A stretch of DNA of 64,000 nt from Rubripirellula sp. (lineage in GTDB: Bacteria; Planctomycetota; Planctomycetia; Pirellulales; Pirellulaceae), in NCBI GenBank assembly GCA_965216875.1, contig OZ244207.1, forward strand, positions 3,200,001-3,264,000, read 5' to 3'. This document shows positions 1 to 14,700 of this stretch, in pieces. How positions within the stretch are numbered: position 1 is the first letter of the stretch; the number at the start of each line of letters is the position of its first letter. The translations under genes were made by a program, and so were the position numbers. The notes below the pieces were generated by a model that was given only the letters and a program-made list of their open reading frames with translations, searched no databases and had not been told where the DNA came from.

Positions 1-3000
1 AAGGAATCGACGCCACCAAAATCGCTGTTGAAATCAACCGGTGGCCGGTATTCCAAACCGATCACAGTTTGGCCGCTAAAGACAGCTCGCAGCCGTCCAC
101 CGAGATCGGTCGAGAACTCAGTGTTGTTGCCAACCGAGGCATTCCCGAAGCTGAGCAATTCGAGCACTTGCGACCCACCGGGAACTGCGGCGGCTTCGTT
201 GGCAGGGCCAACCGTGAAGACGTCCAACAGACCGACTTGTTCATAGCTGCCCGTTTGGGGGCCACCGTTAAGTGGGATGAAGAATCGCTGCGACGTGTCG
301 CCGCCAAATTGCGTGTTGTCTTCGCGAAGCGTGTAGGTGATCTCGCCCGTTGGCGCGACCGAGTACGCGAGATCCGGATCGGTGTCCGACGCGTCCGACA
401 AGACTGCCGGCAGCTCGATGCGTGGTACATCGTTCACGGGACGCACGTTGATCGTGACCGTTTGCGAAACCGATTGGGCAGGAACGCCGTTGTCAGTTCC
501 GGTGATCACATAGGTTGCTTGACCGAACTGATCGGGAGCGGGGAAGACCTCGATAGAGGTGCCTGTGATAATCGGTCGACGCACCATCAATCCAGCAGGA
601 ACGGAAAGTTCGCTGATCGAGAAGAAGACGTTTTGCAGTGCGTCCTCGTCCAAAGCCGTGCCTGGACCGCCCGATACATTCGTGATGAAGTTGTCGATGC
701 GGCTCGATTGGAAATCATCACGTTCCAAGACGTCCGACTCGACTTGCACATCAAACACCGGCAGGTCGTTTGCCGGAGTCACGGTCAACGAAACGGTTGC
801 TGGCACCGAAGTCGCTGGCAAAGTGTCGGGAGTCAGCACATTGCCGACCGGGAACTCGTGAACTCCATTGTCGGTCACCGTGTAGGTGAACGTGTCCTCA
901 GGAACAAAGAACGGTGCAGTGGAGTTGTAGTCGACCGGTGGTGTGTAAACCGCTTCGGTGAAGAAGCCGTTACTGTCAAAGGTAACCGCAAGTTCGCCGC
1001 CCGATGCCAAGATCAAGGTACCGGTGGTGGTTCGCGTGATGCCTTCGGCGGTGATCGATGTGATGCGCAGATCCGGTGTTTGGATCGACTCGTCATACGG
1101 CGCTGCCAACGTCACATCGCTTGCCGATGCATCCAAGGTTGGGTTCAGCAAGTCGGCTGGTGTGCCGAGCAACAAGTCGTCTTGCAACAAACGAATCTGT
1201 GCCGGAACAACGCTACCGGCAGGCTGTTCAACCGCTTCAACAACATTGAAAGCGCGGTCGACGGCCACAGGCAGGTCGTTGATCGGCTCGAGGAAGATTC
1301 GCGAGATCACCGTCGAGGTCAAAGGCGCGGGGAGCTTTGGTGCGGGATTACCCAACACGTCAAGTTCCGCAGCCTGGTCGATGCCGCTATCGATTGCGGT
1401 GTAGCTGAAGAAGACTTCGCCGTAGATGTCGTCTGCTGGCACAAAGGTCAGGTCGCCAGTGATTGGATTCACGCTGATCGTACCGTGCGATGGATCAAGC
1501 ACCGACGCGGCAATGATGCGCAGTGCACCGTCATTGCCATTGAATCGGCTACGTTCATCTGCAGCCAACACAGGACCTTCTTCGTCGTTTTCGAGCAAGA
1601 ATGCCGCTCGAATGGTCAGCGACTCATCCTCCATAGGCGTCACGACTGGAATGCCGCGAATCACGTGGAATTGAGTGTACGCACCATTTGGATCGGTGAC
1701 GGACACATCATCCGTATCAAGTGCCGGCGGATCGTTCTGTGGCGTCACGCGAATGAACGCGGTTGCCGATGCGGTTTGAGGATCCGGAGGTGTTGGAAGG
1801 GCTGGTGGGATTGGAACCGAAATGCCATCGTCAACAACGGTGAAGATGAACTCGTCATCGAGGAACTGACCAAGGGTCGGTGGCAAGTTCTCACTATTGA
1901 AGTCTTGCGACGGTTGGTAGAGAACTGAGGCAATGTTGCCGTCGGTATCAAAGGTCGCTGACAAAACGCCACCGCGAACCGTTGGAATGCTTGCGGGGTT
2001 GCCGACATCAAGTGTTCGAGTGACACCGCCAACAACGGTCGTGATCGATTGCAAGAAGATCTCTTGGTCACTTTCATCCTGCGGCGGCCCAATCATTGGG
2101 TTGCCGTGTGACGTCGCATCAGCAAGCAGCACGGACGCGTCAATGCGGAATCCGTTGTCGATAACATTCTCTTCTTGAATGTCTTCGATCGTTCGCAAGA
2201 AGGCGTCGCTCACACCGGGAGCATCATTCACTGGCGTGACCGTGATGTTCACGTCGGCAAATTGCAGGAATTGATCAACTTCCGAACCCGAGTTGCGTTG
2301 GGTGCTAACCGAGTAGCGGAACGAATCGGGACCGTAGTAATCGGGATCAGGCGTGTAAGTGAAGTGCCCCAAAGCAGCGTCATCGACACGCACTTGACCG
2401 TGCTCAGTGCGATAGATGACATCCGTTGGATGCGGAATCAACTCACCAGCAATCGTGTATTGCGATTCAACGAACTCTTCGGTGGGCAACACATCATTTG
2501 CAAACAGAGATGGGTGAACACCACCATCGACCGTCAACACGTTGTCTTCAGCCACGGTATAGGTGTCGTCATCAGGAACTGGCTGCACGATGTCGAAGAT
2601 CGTCACGGCGTAGTCTTCGACTTCGCCATTGTTAGCAATTCCGGCAAACGTGCCGCTTCCCTCGGACGAGATCCGGAATCGCGCCCAGGTCGAGCCAACC
2701 GTCGCTGTCGCTGGCGTCGTGACGCGAAGAGGATTCAGGCCATCACTTACTGGAACGCCAGCAAACACATGCTCGTCCAGGTCAAGGAAGTCTCCATCAC
2801 CATTGAAGTCGATCCAGGCGTCCAACAATCCAGCACCGGTGACGGTGATCGGAATCACGGCTCCAGCAGGGTCATTGCGATTCAGGAATGCAACCACTTG
2901 GCCGGGGTCAACAGTCGAACCATGAATCGAATCGTCTAAGAACAATCCTTCTGTGATCGCGGTACCCACGAACCGTCCGACAGGCACACCATCTTCGTCA

Positions 3001-6000
3001 TCGCGTGGGATCAGACTGAATGAACTCGTACCATCTTGATATTCGGCAAGGACGGGCCCATTGTTCTCGGTGACACCTTGCGAAACGGCATCGGACAACC
3101 GGCTGGCAATGTCCTCGATCGTATCGACGCTCAGATCAAACGGAACAGGAATTCGTCCGAGTGAGGCATTGCTGCCTGCAACAACAAACTCGAAAACGGT
3201 TCGTGATCCATCAGCAAACTCAATCGCGAGGTTGTCACCTGCGTTCGGCAGGACATTCAACGTCACGATCGAGCCCGATGGATCGGTGACAATCGTGAAG
3301 GGGCCATCGCCGGCAACACCTTCGTTTCCTTCCACCGTGAACACCGCCGGAATGTCATCATTGCCGACAGGTTGCCCGTTGGCTTCAGAGTCGATGAACC
3401 GCCCTAGTCGAGGCAAGGCGTCACTACTAATCGCGTGTCTTGGTCCATTGCTCGCCGTGAGCGTTGAGTATTGGTCTGGTGCATCACCAAAGTCCAACTC
3501 CACATCAGGCATCACGATTGTGAATCGAGTCTCACCGTTCGCACGATTTGACTGCAAAGGATTGCCCGCGAGGTCCTTGATCGCTTCGATCGGGACGCCA
3601 ATATCTTGCGCCACATCGTTACGGATACTCTGAGCCTCAAATGCTCCATCGAGCAACACGGTGCCACCGCCGCCCGAAATCGGCGAAAGCTCAAGTGGCG
3701 AAAGATTGATCGCTGCGATCAGGCCTGCCGCCGAAGCAGCCGCCGTGAATGTCGGGCTCGGCAAGAAGGTAACCGGAATTGCACCACCACTAATGCCGTC
3801 GACGACGAGCCCCGATGTCACCGGCGAAATGCTGCTGCGAACCTGTTGTGTTCCAGGTGGAATAATTGCGGGCTGCTCGCCGAGCAACACGGTGCTACCA
3901 TCCGAAACGGGATTCAGGTCACCGGCAAAGGCGATCCCAACTTCCGTAGCGATTCGTGCAGCGATATCCGCGGTGTCGCTATTGGCATCCAGCACGACAA
4001 GTCGGCCGGAAACGGGAAGAGTTGGATCCGTCGAGAACGTGAACGACTCTGTCACATTGCCAACGGTCACCTCAAAGCGATTCGCTTCAAGGGAAGCGGG
4101 AGTCGCACCATCAGGGACTGTGATAGAAAGCGAAGCCTCCACACTGACGCTGCCTTCAATTGTCAGCGTCGAGTCAAGCAGGTCGATAACGTCGGTCGCC
4201 GCACCACCAATCAAGACCACATCGTCGACGTTCCGAGCAGTCGGCAAGCCGAGATTGGCTCTGGCAGCTTCCGCAATTGCATTGGCAATCTCACCTGGCG
4301 TGCTGGTCCTTTCAAATGGGATGGCAGTACCGAGGCCGACAGCAGAATTGGAATCGAATTCAAAGATGGTGGTGTTCAAACCATCGTCGTAACTGAATTG
4401 CTGACCGTCTTCGATTCCGGCTGCCGTACCAAAGACTTCCAACCCAACGGCGTTGTCAGTAACGCTATGCCCCGCGAGGCTTCCAATCTGGATGACGTCA
4501 TCACCCACTCTGCGTGGCGCAAGGTCAAGAGCCGATGTGATCGAGGCTGAATCAATCGCATCGAAGATTGCGTCGCGTACTCCGACGATCGTGCCGGCAT
4601 TGCGAAGGTCAACCGGAATACGACCACTCGAAACGGAGCCAGAAAGGTTAATTTCGAACGTACGCGTCGTGCCGTCGGGAGCGGTAATGGTGAAGGTTTC
4701 GCCATCAACAAATCGGTTGTCGGCATCGGTGATTCGCAATGACAACGACGTTGGCACACGTATCGCGTTGCCAGCTTCGAACTCAAAGACAGACTCCGTG
4801 CCATTTTCGTCGACCAGACGAATCTGATCACCATCCCGAATGTCCGGTCCTGGTGCAGTTTCGATTGCAAGGCGATCGCGATTATTCAACGAGACCAAGT
4901 AAACCGCGTCGGGTCGCCAAATACCCGACAGTGGTGTCAGTCGAATGGTCCGGCTCGAAGCGTTGTAGCCGAAGACATAATCAATGCCTTCCTCGAGCAA
5001 TCGACCGCTTTCTGTAATCGAAACTTGGTCAGCGGTGACCGTTTGGGCGTCGGGCCCCGTGCCGATGTTTTCGGAAACGAGTATCTCGAAACTGTCCAAC
5101 GTCCCACGCTGGAGTTGAATGAAGGTGATCTCGGGATCGAGATCAAGGCCGTCGATATCGTTGTCAAGCGGATTCAGAATCGTCGCTTGTGGCCCCACAA
5201 TGTCAGATCGATCAATCGCACCTCGGTCAACAAATACATTCACCACCTGGCCGGGAGTGGTGTTCACATTCTGGTCATGCTCTGCGCCAAAGAGGTCAGT
5301 AGGCGCCGTGATGATTGGACTCAGCCCGATACCAGCGGCAACCTTAACCGTCCCAAAGTCCGTCCGTTCACCGAGGAAAGTGACCGAACTGTCAATCGCT
5401 GCGATCCCATCTTCGAGATAGAAGTTGAACTCCGATGGATCGACAAACGCCGGTGAACCGTCACCAATTTCGACAAACGTTCCGATCGGCACGCCCGTGC
5501 CAACATCGTTGACGTTGTCATGGAAGAACGTGGCACCGATCACAGTACCCGACCGGCTGCTCACATCGACATTGATGCCGGTGTTGGTTTCGGAAACGAT
5601 GTTATTCAACAAGGTCGGGTTCGCCGAATCTTGAACATCAATACCGGTTTGTCCACCAAAGATGGTGTTGTTGACCACACGCACAAACGGAACGGACGCG
5701 ACAGGAACGGCACCCGCTTGACCAGAGATCGAGATTCCGCCCGCACCGTTGCCAGCGAGCACATTGCCACGCAGCACGGCGCCGGGAACGAGATCGTCTT
5801 CGTTCGGCGTAGGCAGGTTGATCACTGCACCCGAGCGAGCGAGCTCCGTTGACGCACGCGGTGAGCGATCGCTGCGATCGCTGCGTCCAGCGTCAATCAC
5901 AATTCCAAAGTTAGACGAATCCCGAACGATTGTCTGTTCGACAATGAATTGCCCTTGCTCGCGACGTCGATTGACATCTCCATCGTCTGGTCCATCGGCG

Positions 6001-8747
6001 GTGTCGCCCCCATAAACAACCTCATTCAATATGCCAGGCATTCCGAAGTTGAAGCCGCCCATTCGATCGGTCGACACAGGGCCAAAGAAGATCAAACGAT
6101 TCGAATCAATCGCCTCGGGGCCAGTCGGACTCGAGCTCGAAATCGTTTCTCCACTTACCGTTGCCGCTGTCACACCAAGGGTGTTTGACACGGACGGGAA
6201 GTTGAAAGCCGCAAGAACGGACTCGGCAAGCTTGACATCGGTCATGCGCCCAGAGAACGGAATTGGCACATTGCCCGGCGCCACGCTGTTCCCGACTCCG
6301 TCGATGTCATTGAACTCGAAAGTGATCTGATCGATACCGTTTGAAAGCGTGAAGGTATCGCCATCGCTAATAAACGCAGCGTTGCCAACTTCAACGCCGA
6401 ACCCTTGTGCCAGGCGATCATTCGAATCGAGGCTCGGACGAAACGGATCAAACAACTGCTCAGGGAATGTTTCATCATCACTGAGTCCGTAGTCACGAGA
6501 AACCCTGACTTCGATTTGGTACTCACCAAACTCGCGCTCAGTCACTTCACCGAGGGGCGAGGTGTACCCAAAACGATTGTGCGTTTGCAAATTACGGTTG
6601 GTCGTTCCTGCGTTGAGGACAAGCTCACCGCGTTCGGCCAAGCCGATGATCACATCGTCGATGTAGATCCCTTCGGCTTGAGTCGAGTATTGAAAACGGA
6701 ATCGATTCGAACGCAATTCGGCTTCCGAATTATTCCACCCATTCCCATAAATACCAAACCCTTCACCACGCGTTGAAATGCCGGTGTCTTGTCCGCCAAA
6801 GACAGTGAACGGTCCAGTGTCGCCAAACTCGAAATCGTAAAGCGCGATACTACTCTCACCCGCGCTCGGATAGACGCTGATATTGGTTTCTTGCCCGGCG
6901 ATGTTGAATTCATTGGCCATTGCCAGCCGAATCGCATCGCGAACTTGTGTCACCGTGTCATTGATATCGACTTCGATCTTTGTCGTTGCCGAAACGATGC
7001 GGTTACCAATGACCATGTTGGCTGGGATTCCCGAAGTCGACGTGATGGTGGCAGCAGGAACATTCACCAGTGCCGCGCGACCAGCGTCCGATTCGACAAC
7101 GAACCCGGCAGCTTGGAATGCAAATCGCATCGCAGCTGCGACTTGAGCCGAATTCATACCATCAGCGATCAAGATGGTGTTCGGTCCTGCAGGCGTGCGG
7201 CTAAACGTAAAGGTTGTCGTCCCAAAGCCGGCATTGAGGGCAATCGTCGCACCATCGTTGATCGTCACGCCGGATGAAGCGGCAAGCAACGCACCGAATT
7301 CAACCTCGAGCGCCCCTGCCTGCCCCGTAGTGATCGTTTGCAAGGTGACCAAATCACCGTCGGTCAAACGATCAGGCGAGGTGGCAAAAAGATGTGCCTG
7401 GTAGGGGAGCGTTTCGCCAGCCGAATCATATTCGACACGAATCTGAACGTTCGATTGACCTGCCCATGGTGAAAGCGAAATACGTGCTTGTCGCCAATCA
7501 CCTGTATCGCTGAGGTGTTCAACAAATTGGTATCGATTTGCCTCGTCGACGAAGTCCGCCCCAAGTCCCCCCAACAAGATGTCATATTCATCATTGAAGT
7601 CGTCGACCGAGTTGCTGTCGGCTCCGACGTCATTGTTGGTCGCAATGAGCGTCCATTCACCGTCATCACCGGCCACGTAAACGCGTAAGGAGTCGGTGAC
7701 GCCGCCGTTGGTTCCGGGGTTGATTGCACCACCGGTGTTGTTCAACGTCGAAAGGTAGTTGAAGTAAAGCATCGGCCGATCGCCACGTTCATAATCAGAC
7801 AGATCGATGATCTGACTGTCCAATGCTCCCTTTGCACCTGCGTTGAGCCCAAAATCGCCATCGTTGTCGGGTCGTTGCGACGCAGTTTGATAACCTCCAT
7901 CGTTTTGGTTGTGGTCACCCGATGCGGCTTCAAAGCCGAAGTACAGGCTGTCACCACCGTTCTCACCGGTCAACCGGAAACCATCAAACGATGGATCGAT
8001 CCCATGACCTGGGTCGTTCTCGCGCCGGTCGGTCACGTGCCAAAGGTTGGTGTCCAGGTTGGCCAGGGCAAGACCATTGACCGCACCCGCTCCCGAGGCA
8101 CCGATGTTCAAATCAATGGTCGAGCGACCACCGATAAAGATATGCTGGGGGTTACCGTCGACGTCAAAAGCGTGCAAGCGGTTGGCCTGATCGGTACCGA
8201 AGAGAATCTGGTCGTACGGCACGCCCTCGGGGGAAGCCCCACTGAGGTTCAACAAACCACTGGTCAGGTCAGTGAATTGAATCGCCACGCCGTTGTCGTC
8301 CAACACTTGGTGCCCCGATGTGGGATGCACCAACGACTCGGTTGAGCTAAGCATCAAGGTTGGGTGGGTTGCAAACGTCACCGTCCCGCCGCCAACACCA
8401 ACCGCCGTTGCACGTGCCGGTAGGTTGCCGTTACTTGCTGGAGCACCAACGCGGAAAAGACCACCGCTGGCATCGACCGCATACAAAACCGAATCAATCT
8501 GAGCCATGCCCGTGACGCGCGAAGTCGAAGGCACAAACGCGTGCGGCGTGAACTGAGTCCCGTCGGCCGGTTCAGAAGCATTGTTGCTACCTGGCCCATT
8601 GACGTTCGCGCGGATTGGTTCGTTGCCGCCTTGAGCCGCGCCTGCACCGTTGGGTTGCAGAACACCGCCAGTGCCGATGTCGAGCTGGTAGACATAGTTG
8701 TAGGCGACCAAGTTCGGCACAGCCGGCCCAATGTCGAGCGATCCGTT
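1..8747 (-). CDS. C-terminal portion of giant secreted protein A (after frameshift; runs off window start); GEVED, tandem-95/Ig-like and FEF-type repeat modules
   Basis: Missing from the ORF track, probably because no stop lies inside the window. Hand translation of spot-checked segments in one minus frame gives NGSLDIGPAVPNLVAYNYVYQLD (from 8747), LYFNYLSTLNN (~7760), DFGDAPDQYSTL (~3490), LDAWIDFNGDGD (~2820), NGEVEDYAVTI (~2620) and EYRPPVDFNSDFGGVDS (~50-3), paralleling gene B. Long plus-strand shadow ORFs (69, 2175, 3606, 5025, 6789, 7875) are all in register with this frame. Confidence 0.9.
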
Positions 8748-11700
8748 GCATCGAAATCGGCGATCACCGCTCCGGTCCAGGTATCGGTCGCCGAGCGACC
8801 AGCGACACCATAAAGCCGCGTGTTGTTGGCAGCCGTTGAGAACGACAACGCCTCGAACTGCATCCCGAACCCATTGCCATTGTTCAAACGCGTGGTGATC
8901 GGGTTTCCTTGGTTGTCAACGCCACGGTCAAACGTCTGAAGCCCTGTTCCAGCCAGAACGTTTGCCGAGTCTGATCCGGTTGTGAATGTAACAAGGGCAT
9001 CAGAGTTGGCGTCATTGGTTCCGGTTTGAACTCCATAGAGCACACCCGTTTGTGGATGCACCGTCAGCGCGCCAACCCGGGTGAAATCACCGCTTTGGAA
9101 TATCGCGTCGGCACCACCGCGGAATGGATTGCTCGCAACAAGACGTGAATTGTCGGCGCCCTGGTTACCAACCAAGAATAGCGGGATGTCACCAAGTGAA
9201 AACTCAACGGCAGCATCGGCTGCGGTACCAAAGACAGGCGGCGTTGCGAAGCCAACGGATTCGTCCGAAATGACCGGAGTGTCTGTCGGATCAAAGTCGA
9301 AGTCGAACCGGTCGGTTCCAATTCGGGCAGAGGCCTCGATGGGTTCGACACGCACAAAGGTGTCACCGTCGGCGCCAAAGAACTCAGCCAAGTCTTGCGA
9401 AACTTGTCGCGAACTACTCACCACGAGTGAATAGAAACCTGCTGGCAGCTCTTTGCTGCCGAGGAAGGCATCCAAAGTCCCGAACGATCCTCGATCGAGA
9501 TCGGTTGTGTTTGTCGGATCGTTTGGATCGACTTGGTCATCGGCAATGTTCGACTCAGCACCAAAGGCAACCAATCGATACGCATCAGCATTATCCGTAT
9601 CAGAATAATAGAGATAGAAGTTCAGGTTGGGGCGAGCAAGTCCATCGCTGAAGTCTGCGTCGATGGTGATTCCGTAGTGCTCCAACGGGAAGTCACCAAT
9701 CACCTGGACGCCATCTCGAATGACTTGGAAGTTGTAGCGAGTCTCGTCAAGAGATTCCGTAATCTGCCCAGCTGCTGACACAGCTGCGCGATCCGAGTTG
9801 CCGAGATTTCCTAAGTCGATATCCGTTCCTGTTCCGAGTGCGCCCTCGCCCTCGAGAAGTGAGTGTGCGGGCAACCCGAACGTTTGAATCCCGGTTTGAG
9901 CGTATCGAATGTCGGCGTAGCGAACAGTCGATCCGCTAATTTCGTCGGTCTCGCGGAGTCGCAGATGCAATTCGTAGCCACCTTGACTCTGACCATCACG
10001 GACGGCTGACATATCCGTGATGTCATCGTTGCTACTTCGGACCCGCACGTAGTACGTACTGATTTGGGTTGGTGGACCTTGCAAGACAACGCGCATCCCT
10101 GCATCGTTGGGATTGATTGAGTAAAGGTCGCGGTAACTACCATCTGCATTGCGTGCGGCAAGGGGACTACGTTGCATTGGCATCGCGTGCCCGGCTGGCA
10201 ACGTCGAAGCGGGCAGGGTGCCTGCATCGTTTTCAGCCAGTGAATCGTCACTTGCCGCAAGCACGTTGCCGGCGGCGTCGATCAATTCGACAACGCTGTC
10301 CAAGGCAAGATCAGTACGATCAATATCGATCCACACCAGAGTACCCCCGGTTGCGTCGAATCGATAAACGTCCAAATCGCTAGGCGCAGAAATCGTTCCC
10401 TGAACTTCAAACCCGAGTCGCGAATTCTCGTCGCCAGCTTTCTCGCTCGCCGCAAGCGTACCAAGCAGTTGCGCCGTTGCTGGAATCGAATTCGAATCTC
10501 CAAAACCGCCGATTTCGCCTTCGGCTTCGATAGCAACGCCAACATTTCGGTCGTGGCTAAACTCGTCAAACACAAGCCCTGTCCAACTTCCCGAATTCCC
10601 GGTTGTCGGGCCATCGTTCGCCGTGTCGACCGCAGGCAAACCATCAGGGCCGAAACCTGCGCCGACGCTATCGTCGCCCAATCCGGTCAAGATCACCGGG
10701 AAGCCGGGCGTGCCAACGACTTGAATCCGGCCTCCAATTCGATCGTCGATATCGAGTGGCAAGCCAGTCGCTTCGATCGATGCATTCGAGCCGAACTTGA
10801 CTACCAAACTCTCGCTTTCGCTACTTTCCAGGCGCAACCCGCCCTTGTGCGAAAAGTCGGGAACCAAGATCGTCGCGTTGTTTTCGACAACATGGACGAT
10901 GCTGGTGTCATCAAAGATGCTTTGTGTGGTCAACGTCTGCGGGCGCACCACCATTCCGTTGATGGCGTTACCTGAAAGTTCGTTGCCTTCCACAATCGGT
11001 CCGGAGTTACCCGGTGCCGACTCAATGATCTCACTCGTTCCAGTTTGCCGTCCGAAATCTTGACGCTGAACATCATTCAGTGCGTTCGCATTGATGCTGA
11101 TCACGGCGGCGTTGTTATTGACAAACGTATTGTCAACGATGAAGGGTTGTGCCCCCGCTACGTAAATCACCGCAGGAGCATTTGTCCCCAGGTCTTGGCG
11201 GGTGTCGTTACCGTTGCCGGTCGCCCCTGCGTCATTGTTTTCAAATAACGTGTTTGTAATGCGAGCTTCAGCTTGATGTAGCTCAATCGCATTCGTCGAC
11301 ACAAACTCACCGGTCGTGGTTGAGTTTCCGCCACCATATGCAAACACGGCATTGTCAAGCGAAACACGCGCGAATGCGCTTCCGAAGATACCGCCCCAAT
11401 CGCCGGCTGCGCCGCTACTTGGGCCGTTGTTATTCGTATCGTAGGTTCCCCCCGTTCCATACCGATCATCGCTAGACGATGTAAAGATTACGGGTTTGCC
11501 AGGACGACCCTCGGCGATCATCGTAGCGCCCATTTCAAGTTGGAATCTTGAATCAGCACTCTTAATGATGACACCAGGATCAACAATCAGTGATCCTTCG
11601 GTTCGAGCACGTTCGCGAGCCAAACCGATCGCGTCTCGGAAAGGTAATGGTACTCCTGTGCTGCTGCCGTTGTCCGTAAAGGTCGGAGTCGTGCTGTCGA

Positions 11701-14700
11701 GTTCAGCGACAAACTCGAGTGCGCCGCCATTGGTACTTCGGTAAAGGCGTCGAGCAACAAAATCGCGTTCAACGCTAGGCAATCCAACCAAAGCGAAAGC
11801 ATTACCTCCAGCCCCGATCGTGAAGGTCGCGCTGATGTCACTCGGCAAACTCTCGCCGCGTTGTGAATCAACGAAGGTCACTGCATAAGCAACTGTGTCG
11901 CCCGGGCTTAGTGTGCCATCAGCGACACTCGCAGTTGCCCCATTGATTAGCAAACTCTGCGGTGCCAGTGCGCTCTGTTCGAGGAATGCGCCACCTGGAG
12001 TTCCCGAAACAACCAAAGACTCGACAAACGAGTGAACAATATCGGTATCGTCAAAACGCCCGGCAACTTCAAGTTCGTTGAGCTGCCCAAGTGCATTGGA
12101 ATCGATCCGAACCTGCAGCGCATTGATTGAGTTGTTCGTTAACCGGTTGCCAAGAAACTCGGGACCGACACGGTCATAGTCGGGAATAAAGGTGTCAATG
12201 AACTGGTAGCGAGCCTCGTTGAAGGTTGTTTCTTCGAACGAGTTTGGATCGGCCGAAATCGCAGCACCCAGCGAGTTTTGAATCTCATTGTGCGTAAGCT
12301 CGGGACGCGCTTCGGATAGCTGAATCGGATCAATCGACCGATTGCCTGCAGTTGTTGGAACGACGCCCCCACCGAAATGGATTTCGCTATTGCTGATGTA
12401 ATTTAAAAAGATGCCTTCTCGTTCGAGATCGGGACGGCCAAGCCCTCGATCCACGTCGTTTCGAATTTCGATACCACCCCAATCACCGGCGCCTGGAACC
12501 GTGTCGATCGGATTGACTTGGGCACCGCGAACGGGGTCACTGTAGCTTGTGAATACCACCGGGCTGTCTGGCGTACCGAGCGACTGGATCACGCCTCCCG
12601 CGCGACTAGTACTGACTCCGTCACTACCGACCAGAATCGCCGAGTCGTTGAATTTGAGGATTGCGCCCTCATCAATCGATAGCGTCACACCAGCGGGGAC
12701 CTCCAACCGCACGCCGTCAACAAGCGTCGTGTTAGTCGCTGCTACCCGACCAATCTGATACGCATCGTTATCGGCAAGCGTGTTCACGTCACCATCAACA
12801 CCACCGTTGCCAACGACCCGAATCATATCAATCGCGCCACCACTTGCTGCGACTGCAGCAAGTGCATCATCAATCTCGCGGAACGGTGCATCGATCGCAC
12901 CCGTGGGAGTCACGGCATCAGAAAGCTTGTCAACGTAAACGGTGTTGGCTGCGGTATTGGCGTTGAACCAGAAGTTATAGACGCCGCCCGCCACACCATC
13001 ACCATCACCATCAATCGGCGTGTCGTTTTCATCGACGAGCGCTGACCCTCCATCAGCCTTGAAGTCGACTCGCAATTCGTAGTCACCTTGACTGCGACCG
13101 CCACTGCCACTTGCGTCGACGGTCGGGTCGTAGTTGATTTCGGCCGATGCGGAAACACCGATGAAGTAGACGCCTTCATCCACACGCACGCGAATCAAAG
13201 AGTCTTGACTGAAATAGTCATCATTGGCAGCAACCTGAACAAGACCATCTGGACCTTGTTTGAACAGCGTGATCCGGCTGTCGAGGTTACTCGAGTCACG
13301 CAAGCGTTCGGCGATGGTTTCAACAGTCACCTCACCAGCTTGCCCCGACTGCACCTCGAAGCGATACAGGTCAACATCCATGTTATCGGGACGATGGATG
13401 TGCTGCCCATGAATGATGTCTTGGTCGCCTGGGAAGACGAATTGGTTGTATCCGGTTTGTGGAATCACGGACGTCAGGTCATTGGGATCACCAAAATTGC
13501 GACCCGCTGGTACACTGCCCTGGATCGTTCCATCCGGTAGGTTGTAGGTGTGGCCAAGACCAATGGCATGCCCAACTTCGTGCAACATCACGTCAAAGAA
13601 ACTGCCGCCGAACCGGTCATTCCAGTTCTCGGCTGCGTCCATAATCACGCCGCCACCGCCACCGACGCCTGCGACGCCACCAGGCCCACTTTCAAAACCG
13701 GATGGGAACAAGTCACCAACCACGATGGCCAGCCCGCTCGATTCAGTTTCGACAAAATCGATTCCCAAGAGCGAACCGTAAAACTCAAACACTTCGCGCG
13801 TGCGTTGCATCTGAGTGGGGTTGATTGAGGTAAACAGGGGATTGCCGAAGGCATCGTTCCCGTAAGATATTCCCAATGAAAAGTTGTATTGCGTGGTCGT
13901 GATGTTCGGGCTGGCATCGACACCCACATTCACGTGCCGATTCCCCCCATTGTCGATGTCACGTTCACCCGGCTCGTCGTGAGCTCCGAGGTAATCGGGG
14001 CGCAGCTGGTCGCCAGCCGTGACTCGGATCGATTCTTGGATCAGCAGATGGGTATCCGCGTTGAAGACGCCGAGATCTTCTGCAGATCCAGCCGCAATGG
14101 TTGACCCTGGATCGGTTGATGGGCCAACAACCACTGGCGCTTGAGTGTTGATCGCCGACGCGATTGCGGCATCGGTACCCACACGCAATCGGATGGAGGC
14201 AGCGGCAAGTCCAGTGATGTCACCGGCAGCGAAGTCAAGGCGAACCCGGACCACGTCACCTTCTGCAAACGCACTTACCGCAACCGGCGCAACAACGACA
14301 TCATCATTATTGCTGACCGTATCCTGAGTACCAATCAATTGGTAGAAACGCGGGTCTGTTAGCGTGGCGGAGCCGAGCACGTCAAGGTTATCAAAGTAGA
14401 CGTCGATCGAGTCTTCGGCTTGCTGGAGGTCGCCAGCAACACGATCCATTGGCTGAGGGACCACACCGATGACCTGGGCACCAAGTTCAAGGTCAAAGAG
14501 AATTGTCTCGGTGGTCGTGCCATCACTTGCAACAAAGGGAGCGCCAGCAAGGTTCCGAAGCGCGACGATTCCCTGGTTCGTATCGTCCGCACCATGGACG
14601 TCGATCCGGTACAAGTCGTCTTCGAGTGGCTCGGCAAATCGCATCAAGACGGTTTGTTGCGAGTCGCCAAATCCGACAAACCCAGGGGTGATCAACTCTT

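Noticed and set aside
8378..8747. Last ~120 aa of the 2224-aa ORF as the true C-terminus
   Set aside because: Out-of-frame read-through after the frameshift; the alternative frame continues the paralogy with gene B.
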